Shown here one piece after another: positions 45,274-53,447 of a DNA stretch of 64,000 bases. The stretch comes from Candidatus Mediterraneibacter norfolkensis (GTDB lineage: Bacteria > Bacillota > Clostridia > Lachnospirales > Lachnospiraceae), in the NCBI GenBank assembly GCA_019120615.1, contig DWUT01000013.1, positions 2,519 to 66,518 on the forward strand, given 5' to 3'. Under the pieces are notes generated by a model. That model had not been told where the DNA came from. It searched no databases and saw only the letters and a list, made by a program, of their open reading frames with translations. The translations under genes and the position numbers were made by a program. The first letter of the stretch is position 1. Each line of letters begins with the position of its first letter.

Positions 45274-45648
45274 CTACTCCTCCATCTTAAATACTTCATC
45301 ATAAGAAAACGATTTCGTTTCCCCATGAGCCGCTTTTTCCGCCTCCGATATTAAAGATTCGACCGCAGGCCGCACCATTCTCTGGCGCTCCTTAAATTTA
45401 TGCAGGAGTTCTTCTCCACTGAATCCTTCCCGGATCAGTTCCTCAAGGATCTGTTCTGAAAACTCGCCACCGCCCCCTTCTTTCAGCGGCCGGAGAACAA
45501 GCTCATTTCCTCTGACAATACACTCGGCCTCATGGCCGAATCCAAGCATTTTAAAAAATTTCTGAGGAATCGTGACTTGTCTCTTCGACGAAATACTTAC
45601 TTTTTTTATTTCCACAGGTCTGTTTCCTTTCATGATCGATGCCGTCAT
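45274..45648 (-). CDS. AbrB/MazE/SpoVT-family DNA-binding protein (antitoxin-like, no cognate toxin gene seen)
   Basis: 124 aa. The N-terminal swapped-hairpin motif VSISSKRQVTIPQKFFKMLGFGHEAECIVRGNELVLRPL is followed by an unrelated helical C-terminal half. Confidence 0.7.
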   Translation of the reverse strand: MTASIMKGNRPVEIKKVSISSKRQVTIPQKFFKMLGFGHEAECIVRGNELVLRPLKEGGGGEFSEQILEELIREGFSGEELLHKFKERQRMVRPAVESLISEAEKAAHGETKSFSYDEVFKMEE

Positions 45649-45704
45649 ATTTTTCTCCTATATTTTATGCAGAATTTCACAGGTTATAATTTCTCATTTC
45701 CCGG

Positions 45705-45728
45705 GTTTCTTTGTTTCTTTGTTTCTTT
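45705..45728. repeat. Tandem 8-nt repeat, three copies (plus strand GTTTCTTT; minus strand AAAGAAAC)
   Basis: gtttctttgtttctttgtttcttt is three perfect units. It lies just downstream of the predicted -10 of the AbrB-like gene, inside its leader. Confidence 0.9.
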
Positions 45729-45732
45729 GAAT

Positions 45733-45761
45733 ATTATACTTCTTTTTTTCCGATCTGGCAA
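45733..45761 (-). promoter_or_regulatory. Sigma-A-type promoter of the AbrB-like gene
   Basis: The minus strand reads TTGCCA (45761-45756), a 17-nt spacer, then TATAAT (45738-45733). Confidence 0.65.
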
Positions 45762-45787
45762 GCTCGGACTTTGGCTCGTCGCGTTGC

Positions 45788-45818
45788 AAAAAAGACAGAG
45801 AACAAAATGCTCTCTGCC
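45788..45818 (-). terminator. Rho-independent terminator of the his operon
   Basis: The minus strand reads GGCAGAG-agcattttgtt-CTCTGTC followed by TTTTTT, starting 36 nt after the hisIE stop. Confidence 0.6.
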
Positions 45819-45853
45819 TTCTTTCTCTTTTCCGCCAGCCTGAACTTTTACTG

Positions 45854-47137
45854 TTATCTCTCTGCCAGCTCGTTCGTGATATCCTCCCAGGTCACACCCC
45901 GATCCACCATAAGCACCATGGCATGATAAAGGAAATCACAGATCTCATATTTTATCTCCTCCGGATTCGGATTCTTTGCGGCAATGACGATCTCCGTCGC
46001 CTCCTCCCCCACTTTCTTCAGGATCTTGTCAATCCCCTTTTCAAAGAGATAATTGGTGTAGGAGCCTTCTTTCGGATTCTCTCTGCGATCCAGTATTGTG
46101 GAATAGACAGATTCGAATACCTGAAGCGGGTTTTTCGCGTCATAATCATTTCCGACAATGGGAGTGTAGAAACAGGAACGGTTCCCCGTATGGCATGCGG
46201 CACCGATCTGATCCACTTTCGCCAGAAGCGTATCCTTATCACAGTCCACCGAGATTCCTTTTACATACTGGAAATGCCCGGATGTCTCGCCTTTCACCCA
46301 GAGGCACTGCCTGCTCCTGCTGTAGTAGGTCATCCGTCCGGTCTTGACCGTGTTATCGAATGCCTCTTCATTCATGTATGCCATCATCAGCACTTCATTC
46401 GTCTTGTAATCCTGCACGATGACCGGGATAAGCCCGTCTGAGTTCAGCTTGAATTCGGAAAAATCCATCAGGCTTTCGAAGGACGTCATTTGGATTCCTT
46501 CCTTCGCGCAGATCTCCTTAAATGCGCTGAAATCCATCTCCGGACGGCTGATGAACATTCCGGAAACGCCCTTCACGCCGTCACATTTCAAGATCCTCAG
46601 AATCTCGCTCTGCTCCATTGTATCCGTGAGGACAACGCACGGAAGTTCCGTCACGTTCATAACCGAATTCAGGTCCAGACGGTGCATGAAAACGATCTCT
46701 GTACTGTACTCCTCGATCAGGTGCTGCTGCTTGAACAGCGCGTCGAAATCGTTCAGGGAAACTGCGATTCTCTCCTTTCCAAAACGCTTTGACACCTCCT
46801 CGATCAAATCGATGGAGACTCGCTTTGAGAAATTAAGCAGCGCACGTTTTGCTCCTGCATAGAGGATCTTTTTCACGTCCTCCATCCTGCGTATGTTTCC
46901 GCCCGCGATCATCGGGATACTGATGACGCGGCTGATCTTTTTGAGCAGATCAATGGATTCGTCATGCTCTTCATCCGAATTGGACAGATCGAACACGATC
47001 AGTTCATCCGCCCCTCTCTCGCAGTACTGTTTTGCAAGCCCGATGACGTCTTCCGAGACAATGCTACTGTCATCGAACCACTTTACCGCCTTCCCCTGAC
47101 TGATGAAGATAGACGGGGTTAATCTTTTATAACTCAT
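45854..47137 (-). CDS. hisIE: Tri-domain fusion: HisF-like (apparently degenerate) TIM-barrel domain, phosphoribosyl-AMP cyclohydrolase (HisI) and phosphoribosyl-ATP pyrophosphatase (HisE)
   Basis: Residues 1 to about 225 are HisF-like ([39 protein letters not shown]). HisI follows ([34 protein letters not shown]), then HisE ([24 protein letters not shown]). Confidence 0.8.
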   Translation of the reverse strand: MSYKRLTPSIFISQGKAVKWFDDSSIVSEDVIGLAKQYCERGADELIVFDLSNSDEEHDESIDLLKKISRVISIPMIAGGNIRRMEDVKKILYAGAKRALLNFSKRVSIDLIEEVSKRFGKERIAVSLNDFDALFKQQHLIEEYSTEIVFMHRLDLNSVMNVTELPCVVLTDTMEQSEILRILKCDGVKGVSGMFISRPEMDFSAFKEICAKEGIQMTSFESLMDFSEFKLNSDGLIPVIVQDYKTNEVLMMAYMNEEAFDNTVKTGRMTYYSRSRQCLWVKGETSGHFQYVKGISVDCDKDTLLAKVDQIGAACHTGNRSCFYTPIVGNDYDAKNPLQVFESVYSTILDRRENPKEGSYTNYLFEKGIDKILKKVGEEATEIVIAAKNPNPEEIKYEICDFLYHAMVLMVDRGVTWEDITNELAER

Positions 47138-47152
47138 GTAACGTACTCTCCT

Positions 47153-47743
47153 TTATAAACTGCCTTTTGTAGACCAGACATCCTTTATCCTGGGTTCCTC
47201 TGACACCGCCATGTCAAGCGCTTTTCCAAACGCCTTGAACAGAGCCTCTGCCATATGGTGGTTATTCCCGGCATCCAGGATCTTCAGATGCAGGTTCATC
47301 GCGGCGCTGTAAGAGACCGCGTAGAAAAATTCCCGTACCATCTCTGTGTCCATCTCTCCCAGACGCGGCACGGTAAACTCCGCCTGGTAATTCAGATACG
47401 GCCTTCCTGACAGATCCACAGCTCCCAGGGCCAGTGTCTCATCCATGGGCAGGATAAAATATCCATACCTCTTGATCCCTTTCTTATCTCCAAGCGCCTG
47501 GGCGATCGCCTGCCCGAGCACGATTCCGGTATCCTCTATCGTATGGTGGCCGTCCACCTCAACATCTCCCTTTACCGATACCTCAAGGTCGAACAGGCCG
47601 TGGCGTGCAAAGCCGTCCAGCATATGGTCAAAGAACGGAATCCCGGTGTCGATCCGGTTCTTCCCCTGTCCGTCAAGATTGATGCTCAGGGAGATATCTG
47701 TCTCTTTTGTCATTCTCGATATCTTTCCGACCCTTTCTCTCAT
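47153..47743 (-). CDS. hisB: Imidazoleglycerol-phosphate dehydratase HisB
   Basis: 196 aa with TKETDISLSINLDG, FFDHMLDGFARHG, DGHHTIEDTGI and NNHHMAEALFKAFG. Confidence 0.95.
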   Translation of the reverse strand: MRERVGKISRMTKETDISLSINLDGQGKNRIDTGIPFFDHMLDGFARHGLFDLEVSVKGDVEVDGHHTIEDTGIVLGQAIAQALGDKKGIKRYGYFILPMDETLALGAVDLSGRPYLNYQAEFTVPRLGEMDTEMVREFFYAVSYSAAMNLHLKILDAGNNHHMAEALFKAFGKALDMAVSEEPRIKDVWSTKGSL

Positions 47744-47770
47744 ATCATTCTACCTCCGAATCCTGTCTTC

Positions 47771-49066
47771 TCACTTTCCGTCGAAACGCACGCGGATCGA
47801 GTTTGCGTGCGCTGTCAGGTGCTCCGCCTCAGCAAACTTCTCGATATCCGTATGGATCTTCTCAAGGGCATCTCTGGAGTAAGAGATAATGCTGGATTTC
47901 TTGATAAAATCATCCACAGAGAGGGGCGAGAAGAACTTCGCTGTACCGTTTGTCGGAAGGACATGGTTCGGCCCTGCGAAATAATCTCCCAGCGGTTCGC
48001 TGGAGTACTCTCCGATAAAGATCGCCCCTGCGTTTCGGATCTTTGTCATCACTTCAAACGGATTTGCAGTCACGATCTCCATATGTTCGGAAGCGATCTC
48101 ATTGGCCGCCTCAATGGCGTCCTCCAGAGTCTCCGCAACCAGGATATGTCCGTAGTTGTCCAGGGATTTCTGTATGATCTCGCCGCGGGAGAGCTCTTTG
48201 ATGAATTCATCTGTCTGAGCGGATACTTTCTCCGCCAGTTCCATGCTCGTCGTGACAAGGATCGCACTTGCCATCTCGTCATGCTCCGCCTGGGATAACA
48301 GATCCGCCGCCACATAGCGCGGATTGGCAGTCTCATCCGCCAGCACCAGTATCTCGCTCGGTCCGGCGATCGAGTCAATGCTCACATGTCCGTACACCGC
48401 TTTCTTTGCCAGAGCCACATAGATATTTCCGGGGCCTACGATCTTATCCACTTTGGGAATGCTCTCTGTACCGTAGGCGAGTGCGGCCACAGCCTGAGCC
48501 CCGCCCACTTTATAGACCTTGTCCGCTCCAGCCTCTTTTGCGGCCACCAGTGTAGTCGGCGTGACTTTCCCGTCTTTCCCCGGAGGAGTCACCATAATGA
48601 TCTCGTCCACTCCCGCCACTTTCGCCGGCATGATATTCATGAGGACGGAAGACGGATAGGCTGCCTTCCCTCCCGGGACATACACTCCCACTCTCTGGAG
48701 AGCCGTCACTTTCTGTCCCAGTATGGTCCCGTCCGGTCTGCTGTCAAACCAGCTGTACTGCATCTGTTTGGCATGATAGGACTCAATGTTCTTCAGTGCC
48801 TTCCGGATGATTCCCAGAAGTTCCTCTCCCACTTCTTTGTAGGCATCCTGTACCTCCTCATCGGTCACAAGGATATTGGAGGCGCTGATCTCCACGCCGT
48901 CAAATTTCTTTGTGTAAGCAAAAACCGCCTCATCCCTTTTCTCCTTAACATCGTCAAGGATCTGACGGACGCTCTCTTCATATTTGCCATAACTGTTGGG
49001 ACTGCGCTTCAGCAGATCCTCAAGCAGGTTCTTTTTCGTACTTTCATCCAGTTTCTCGATTCGCAT
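47771..49066 (-). CDS. hisD: Histidinol dehydrogenase HisD
   Basis: 431 aa with VYVPGGKAAYPSSVLM, SIAGPSEILVLAD and QAEHDEMA motifs. Confidence 0.95.
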   Translation of the reverse strand: MRIEKLDESTKKNLLEDLLKRSPNSYGKYEESVRQILDDVKEKRDEAVFAYTKKFDGVEISASNILVTDEEVQDAYKEVGEELLGIIRKALKNIESYHAKQMQYSWFDSRPDGTILGQKVTALQRVGVYVPGGKAAYPSSVLMNIMPAKVAGVDEIIMVTPPGKDGKVTPTTLVAAKEAGADKVYKVGGAQAVAALAYGTESIPKVDKIVGPGNIYVALAKKAVYGHVSIDSIAGPSEILVLADETANPRYVAADLLSQAEHDEMASAILVTTSMELAEKVSAQTDEFIKELSRGEIIQKSLDNYGHILVAETLEDAIEAANEIASEHMEIVTANPFEVMTKIRNAGAIFIGEYSSEPLGDYFAGPNHVLPTNGTAKFFSPLSVDDFIKKSSIISYSRDALEKIHTDIEKFAEAEHLTAHANSIRVRFDGK

Positions 49067-49071
49067 AACTT

Positions 49072-49716
49072 TTAACCCTCCCTGACCAGATTTCTCAGAT
49101 TGTTGATCAGTTCTCTGATCCTGTCGTTTTCCATACGCATGCTGACCGGATTGACGATCATGCGGGCGGACAGCGGGCAGACCTCTTCCAGAACGACAAG
49201 CCCGTTCTCTTTCAGTGTAGAACCGGTCTCAACGATATCCACGATCACCTCTGACAGCCCGACAATAGGCGCCAGCTCGATGGATCCGTTCATCTTGATG
49301 ATCTCCACGGTCTGATGCTTCTTATTATAAAAATAGTCTTTTGCTATATTGGGATACTTTGTAGCCACGCGGATCAGCTCGTGGTGCTTCAGACACTCCG
49401 CAGCGCTCTCATAGCCGCAGACACACATGCGGCATTTGCCGAATCCCAGATCCAGCACTTCATGGACCTTCCTGCCTTCTTCAATGATCGTATCCTTCCC
49501 CACAACGCCGATGTCCGCCGCGCCGTACTCTACATAGGTGGGCACATCCGGTCCTTTTGCAAGGAAAAACTTCAGCTTCAGTTCCTCGTTTACGAAGATC
49601 AGCTTCCGTGAATCCTTGTCCTTCATCTCATCGCAGGTGATCCCAAGCTGTTCCAGCATATCAAGCGTCTTGCTGGCGAGACGCCCCTTTGTCAGGGCAA
49701 ATGTCAGATATCTCAT
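49072..49716 (-). CDS. hisG: ATP phosphoribosyltransferase catalytic subunit HisG (short form)
   Basis: 214 aa with LTFALTKGRL, DVPTYVEYGAADIGVVGKD and IVETGSTLKENGL. The short form matches the adjacent hisZ. Confidence 0.95.
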   Translation of the reverse strand: MRYLTFALTKGRLASKTLDMLEQLGITCDEMKDKDSRKLIFVNEELKLKFFLAKGPDVPTYVEYGAADIGVVGKDTIIEEGRKVHEVLDLGFGKCRMCVCGYESAAECLKHHELIRVATKYPNIAKDYFYNKKHQTVEIIKMNGSIELAPIVGLSEVIVDIVETGSTLKENGLVVLEEVCPLSARMIVNPVSMRMENDRIRELINNLRNLVREG

Positions 49717-49729
49717 AAGTTCTGCTCCT

Positions 49730-50983
49730 TTATCTCCGCTTCTTCTTTGCGTCTATGATCTTTTCTTCGCCTGTACGGAGATTCACCATCTCGATCTTAA
49801 AGTCATCTCTGAGATAGAGCATACTGATAATGCCGTTTCTTTTTCCGTACTTCTCGTATTTCTCACGTAGGTCTTCCTGCTCTCTCTTGAGCATCTCGAT
49901 ATTTTTCCCTTTGTCCCGGAAGTCCCTGGCAAGATAGATGGCCCACCTCTGCGTCTCCTCCGTATAGACCAGGAGGTTCCGGCGGGAAGTCTCCACACTG
50001 ATCTTCTGCCGACTCAACGCGCTCATCAGTTCATCCACGATGATGGCGAAACCGATGGACGGTGTGCTCTTGCCGAATTTCTCAAGAAGGTGGTCATATC
50101 GGCCGCCTCTCACCACGGCATCCCCTGTTCCGTATGTATATGCCCTGAAAATGATCCCTGTATAATATCCGTAACTTCCCATCATGCTCAGATCAAATGT
50201 AATATGGTCTTCCGCCTTGTAGATCATGAGAAGACGGTAGATCTGCTGAAGCCGTGTGAGCGCCAGCCGCGCATTCACGCTTGGGGCAATCCGCGCGGCT
50301 CTCTCCAGAACTTCCTGTCCTCCCACCAGTTCGGGAAGAATGCGAAATGCCTCTTTCACACTGCCCTTCACACTGCGGTTGTCCAGGATTTCCTCCACAC
50401 CGAAATAGTTCCGGTTGGTGATCAGTTCCCGGATCTCCTCCTTCTCTTCCTCTTCCAGACCTGTGGATTCCAGAAGACTCTGGATAAAGTCAATGTGTCC
50501 GATATTCACCTGGAATTCCGTGAGTCCGATCTTCTTCAGTCCGTCCACCACCATGGCAAGCATCTCGGCATCTGCCTCCACAGAATCCAGCCCGATCAGC
50601 TCCGCTCCCATCTGGGTGTTCTCTTTCAGTCTTCCCTGATAGCTGGAATGATTGATAAACGTATTCCCGACATAGCACAATCGGATCGGAAGATCCTCTC
50701 CCTCGAACAACGTCGCCGCTGCCCTGGCGACAGAAGGCGTGATATCCGGGCGCAGCGCGAGTATATTTCCCTCCCTGTCAAAGAAACGGTACAGCTCCTT
50801 TGTGGAGGTGGATCCGATCTCCTTGCGGAACACATCGTCGTATTCAAATGTCGGCGTCTGTATATCCTGATATCCGTACAGATGCAGCACGGTGCTCAGC
50901 TTCTGCTGTAATGTAAGTTTCGTCTCGCATTCTCTGTTGTATATATCCCGTACTCCCTCCGGAGTATGTAGTTTCTGTTCCAT
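49730..50983 (-). CDS. hisZ: ATP phosphoribosyltransferase regulatory subunit HisZ (HisRS paralog)
   Basis: 417 aa with PEGVRDIY, the class-II aaRS-like motif ALRPDITPSVAR, and no anticodon-binding domain signature. Immediately upstream of hisG. Confidence 0.85.
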   Translation of the reverse strand: MEQKLHTPEGVRDIYNRECETKLTLQQKLSTVLHLYGYQDIQTPTFEYDDVFRKEIGSTSTKELYRFFDREGNILALRPDITPSVARAAATLFEGEDLPIRLCYVGNTFINHSSYQGRLKENTQMGAELIGLDSVEADAEMLAMVVDGLKKIGLTEFQVNIGHIDFIQSLLESTGLEEEEKEEIRELITNRNYFGVEEILDNRSVKGSVKEAFRILPELVGGQEVLERAARIAPSVNARLALTRLQQIYRLLMIYKAEDHITFDLSMMGSYGYYTGIIFRAYTYGTGDAVVRGGRYDHLLEKFGKSTPSIGFAIIVDELMSALSRQKISVETSRRNLLVYTEETQRWAIYLARDFRDKGKNIEMLKREQEDLREKYEKYGKRNGIISMLYLRDDFKIEMVNLRTGEEKIIDAKKKRR

Positions 50984-51000
50984 ATACAGTCCCCTTTCAC

Positions 51001-51022
51001 TTTAACGTGCTACCACGTTAAA
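51001..51022 (-). promoter_or_regulatory. Palindrome in the his operon leader (candidate operator or 5' stem-loop)
   Basis: tttaacgtg (51001-51009) and cacgttaaa (51014-51022) form perfect 9-bp arms with a 4-nt spacer. It lies between the predicted -10 and the hisZ RBS. Confidence 0.45.
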
Positions 51023-51033
51023 AACCTTTTGCT

Positions 51034-51063
51034 ATTATATCGAATTTAGTATCTGTCTGTCAA
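51034..51063 (-). promoter_or_regulatory. Consensus sigma-A promoter of the his operon
   Basis: The minus strand reads TTGACA (51063-51058, overlapping the recU stop), an 18-nt spacer, then TATAAT (51039-51034). Confidence 0.7.
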
Positions 51064-51593
51064 TCCCTGAGATCCAAATCCTTCTGGATATAGTCCAGAT
51101 AAGGAACAAAGCACCCGTTTTTCAGTTCCATGAACCATCCGGGTTCCAGTTCCTCCAGCCGGAAGCTCTTTCTTCCCCCCTGCTCTGCCCTGTCCCAGAA
51201 CTTTTTGATCTGTTCAAAGCGCATATAATACAGTTCGTTTCTCGCACTGTAATAGATCAGCAGAAAAGAGATCCCTCCCTGTTTTTCGAACTTTTCCATA
51301 AAATCCATCTGATGCGCGTGTACATTCTGGAGAGGAAATGTATCCGCACTGCACTCCTTCGCGTCGAAGCATACCGGGATCCCCTGAACCGCTCCGATGT
51401 AATCCACGGTGCTGATCTTGTCAAAATAGGCAAGCGTGATGTGTCTGTGTTTCTTATCGATCCGCACAGGAGTGATCGGAGTCGGGATCTTCTGGATCAG
51501 CGCCAGCCCCAGTTCACCGTATCGGTCATTTGTCCGGTTTACAAGTTCCTCCAGCGTGGATCCCCGGAGTCCTCTTGAATTCCATGTCGCCAT
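51060..51593 (-). CDS. recU: Holliday junction resolvase RecU
   Basis: 177 aa with GLALIQKIPTP, VDYIGAVQGIPVCFDAKE and FLLIYYS, typical of RecU. Confidence 0.9.
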   Translation of the reverse strand: MATWNSRGLRGSTLEELVNRTNDRYGELGLALIQKIPTPITPVRIDKKHRHITLAYFDKISTVDYIGAVQGIPVCFDAKECSADTFPLQNVHAHQMDFMEKFEKQGGISFLLIYYSARNELYYMRFEQIKKFWDRAEQGGRKSFRLEELEPGWFMELKNGCFVPYLDYIQKDLDLRD

Positions 51594-51594
51594 C

Positions 51595-52590
51595 TCACAT
51601 CACCCCTCTGTCCGCGCAGATCTTCCGGAACAGTTCCGGCACCGGCGCTTTGATCTCTTTCCCTGAAAGTCCAGCCAGTTCTCCGTCACACTCAGGAAAA
51701 CAGAGTCTGTACGAATGAAGGAGCTGGGACGTCAGTCCGTACTTTCTGCGGAACCTGTCGTTTACATCCCTGTTCCCGTATTTATAGTCCCCGATGATCG
51801 GATGTCCTTCCGTGGCAAGATGTGCCCTGATCTGATGGGTCTTTCCGGTGATCAGATGCACTTCCAGAAGAGTCACTTCTCCATCTGACCGGAGAGCCCG
51901 GTATTCTGTCTCAATAAAGCTTTCTTTTCCGTCCGGTATGTCCGCCCCGTTGTTCCGTGTTCCCTTTTTTCTCTCTACTGTAACACGGTTTGTCCTGCCA
52001 TCCTTAGTCAGAAAGGCACGGATCTTCTTTTCTCCGGAAACAGCGCCGCACACAAGACAGAGATAGTACTTTTTCACGCTCCGTTCCCGGAACATGGTGC
52101 CCAGCGTCTGCAGCGCTGCCAGTGTCTTGCCCGCTGCCACGATCCCGCTGGTATTCCGGTCCAGCCGGTTGCAGACTGACGGATGGAAGGTGCGCAGTTC
52201 CTCTTCTGTGAGCTGTCCGGAGTCCAAAAGATAAGCCGTCAGATACTCTACAAGAGACTGGTCGGAATGTTTTGCTTTCTGAGAGAGCATCCCCACTGGC
52301 TTATTGATAAAAAGAGTATGCCCGTCCTCGTAAAGTATGTCTAATTCTTTCTTTTTATAGACACTCTGCTTCTGCGTAAACTTTTCGATCGTTTCGTCGG
52401 AGAAAAAGAGCTTCACCAGGTCTCCCTTTTTCAGATGTTCATTTCCCTGAGCCTTTTTGCCGTTCAGCGTAATGTTTTTCTTCCTCAGCATTTTATAGAA
52501 GAAACTCTTCGGCGCGAGTGACATATATTTTGCAAGAAATTTATCCAGCCGCTGACCGGACTCATTTTCACGGATCACGATCTCTTTCAT
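51595..52590 (-). CDS. RluA-family 23S rRNA pseudouridine synthase (RluC/RluD-like) with an S4 domain
   Basis: 331 aa. S4-like N-terminus (QRLDKFLAKYM), the catalytic motif HRLDRNTSGIV, and GKTHQIRAHL. Confidence 0.85.
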   Translation of the reverse strand: MKEIVIRENESGQRLDKFLAKYMSLAPKSFFYKMLRKKNITLNGKKAQGNEHLKKGDLVKLFFSDETIEKFTQKQSVYKKKELDILYEDGHTLFINKPVGMLSQKAKHSDQSLVEYLTAYLLDSGQLTEEELRTFHPSVCNRLDRNTSGIVAAGKTLAALQTLGTMFRERSVKKYYLCLVCGAVSGEKKIRAFLTKDGRTNRVTVERKKGTRNNGADIPDGKESFIETEYRALRSDGEVTLLEVHLITGKTHQIRAHLATEGHPIIGDYKYGNRDVNDRFRRKYGLTSQLLHSYRLCFPECDGELAGLSGKEIKAPVPELFRKICADRGVM

Positions 52591-53411
52591 GTTTTTCCCC
52601 GTCCTGTCCCATTCTTTCTTCTGATTCTTTTTTCTTTAAGATTCATACTAACCTTTCCGAATCCCATGATCAGCCTGTGGGGGATCAGTCCCACACCCAG
52701 ATATGCCGCCTTCATGGGAATGCCGTAGATCGAGAGTTCCTTCCCGGCACGGCTGTCTTTCAATGCCCGGTGCACTACCTTCGGTGCTTTCGCCATCGTC
52801 CATTTCTTCCATGGATTATCTGTTCTGCCGCTGACGTCAAAAAATTCCGTATCAACCGGTCCCGGGCACACCGCTGTGACCAGGATGCCTCTGCCGGAGA
52901 GTTCCGCCCTGAGTGCCCTGGAAAAGCTGAGTACATAGGACTTTGTCGCCGCATATACGGCAAAGGACGGCTGGGGACAGAACGCCGCCGCAGACGCAAG
53001 GTTCACGATGCGGCTGCCCCGGCTCATACGGGGCAGGCACAGAAGCGTCATCCTGGTCAGTGCCCTGCAGTTCAGGTCCACCATATCCGGCTGAAGACGG
53101 AAGGACTCTTCTGCTATCTCTGTAACTGTCCCGGATTTCCCAAATCCTGCGCTGTTGACCAGCATCCGGATATCCGGCCGTTCCCTGTCAAATGCTTCGC
53201 GCAGTCTTCTATATACCTTTTTCTTCTGAAGATCTCCGTCGAAGATCCTCAGAGGAACTCTGCTCTTTTGTGCAAGCTCCTCCAGCCTCTCTTTCCGCCG
53301 TGCGATCACCCAGATCTCATCCAGATTTCTGTAGAAATATCCGAGCTGCAGTACGAATTCTCTTCCCATACCGGAGGATGCTCCGGTCACAACTGCGATC
53401 CTCATTGCCAA
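52587..53411 (-). CDS. SDR-family NAD(P)-dependent oxidoreductase
   Basis: 274 aa with the cofactor motif VVTGASSGMG, plus NSAG and YAATKSY (YxxxK). Confidence 0.85.
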   Translation of the reverse strand: MAMRIAVVTGASSGMGREFVLQLGYFYRNLDEIWVIARRKERLEELAQKSRVPLRIFDGDLQKKKVYRRLREAFDRERPDIRMLVNSAGFGKSGTVTEIAEESFRLQPDMVDLNCRALTRMTLLCLPRMSRGSRIVNLASAAAFCPQPSFAVYAATKSYVLSFSRALRAELSGRGILVTAVCPGPVDTEFFDVSGRTDNPWKKWTMAKAPKVVHRALKDSRAGKELSIYGIPMKAAYLGVGLIPHRLIMGFGKVSMNLKEKRIRRKNGTGRGKT

Positions 53412-53447
53412 TGCTCCATTACTCCTGATTTTACTCCCGACTTATCA

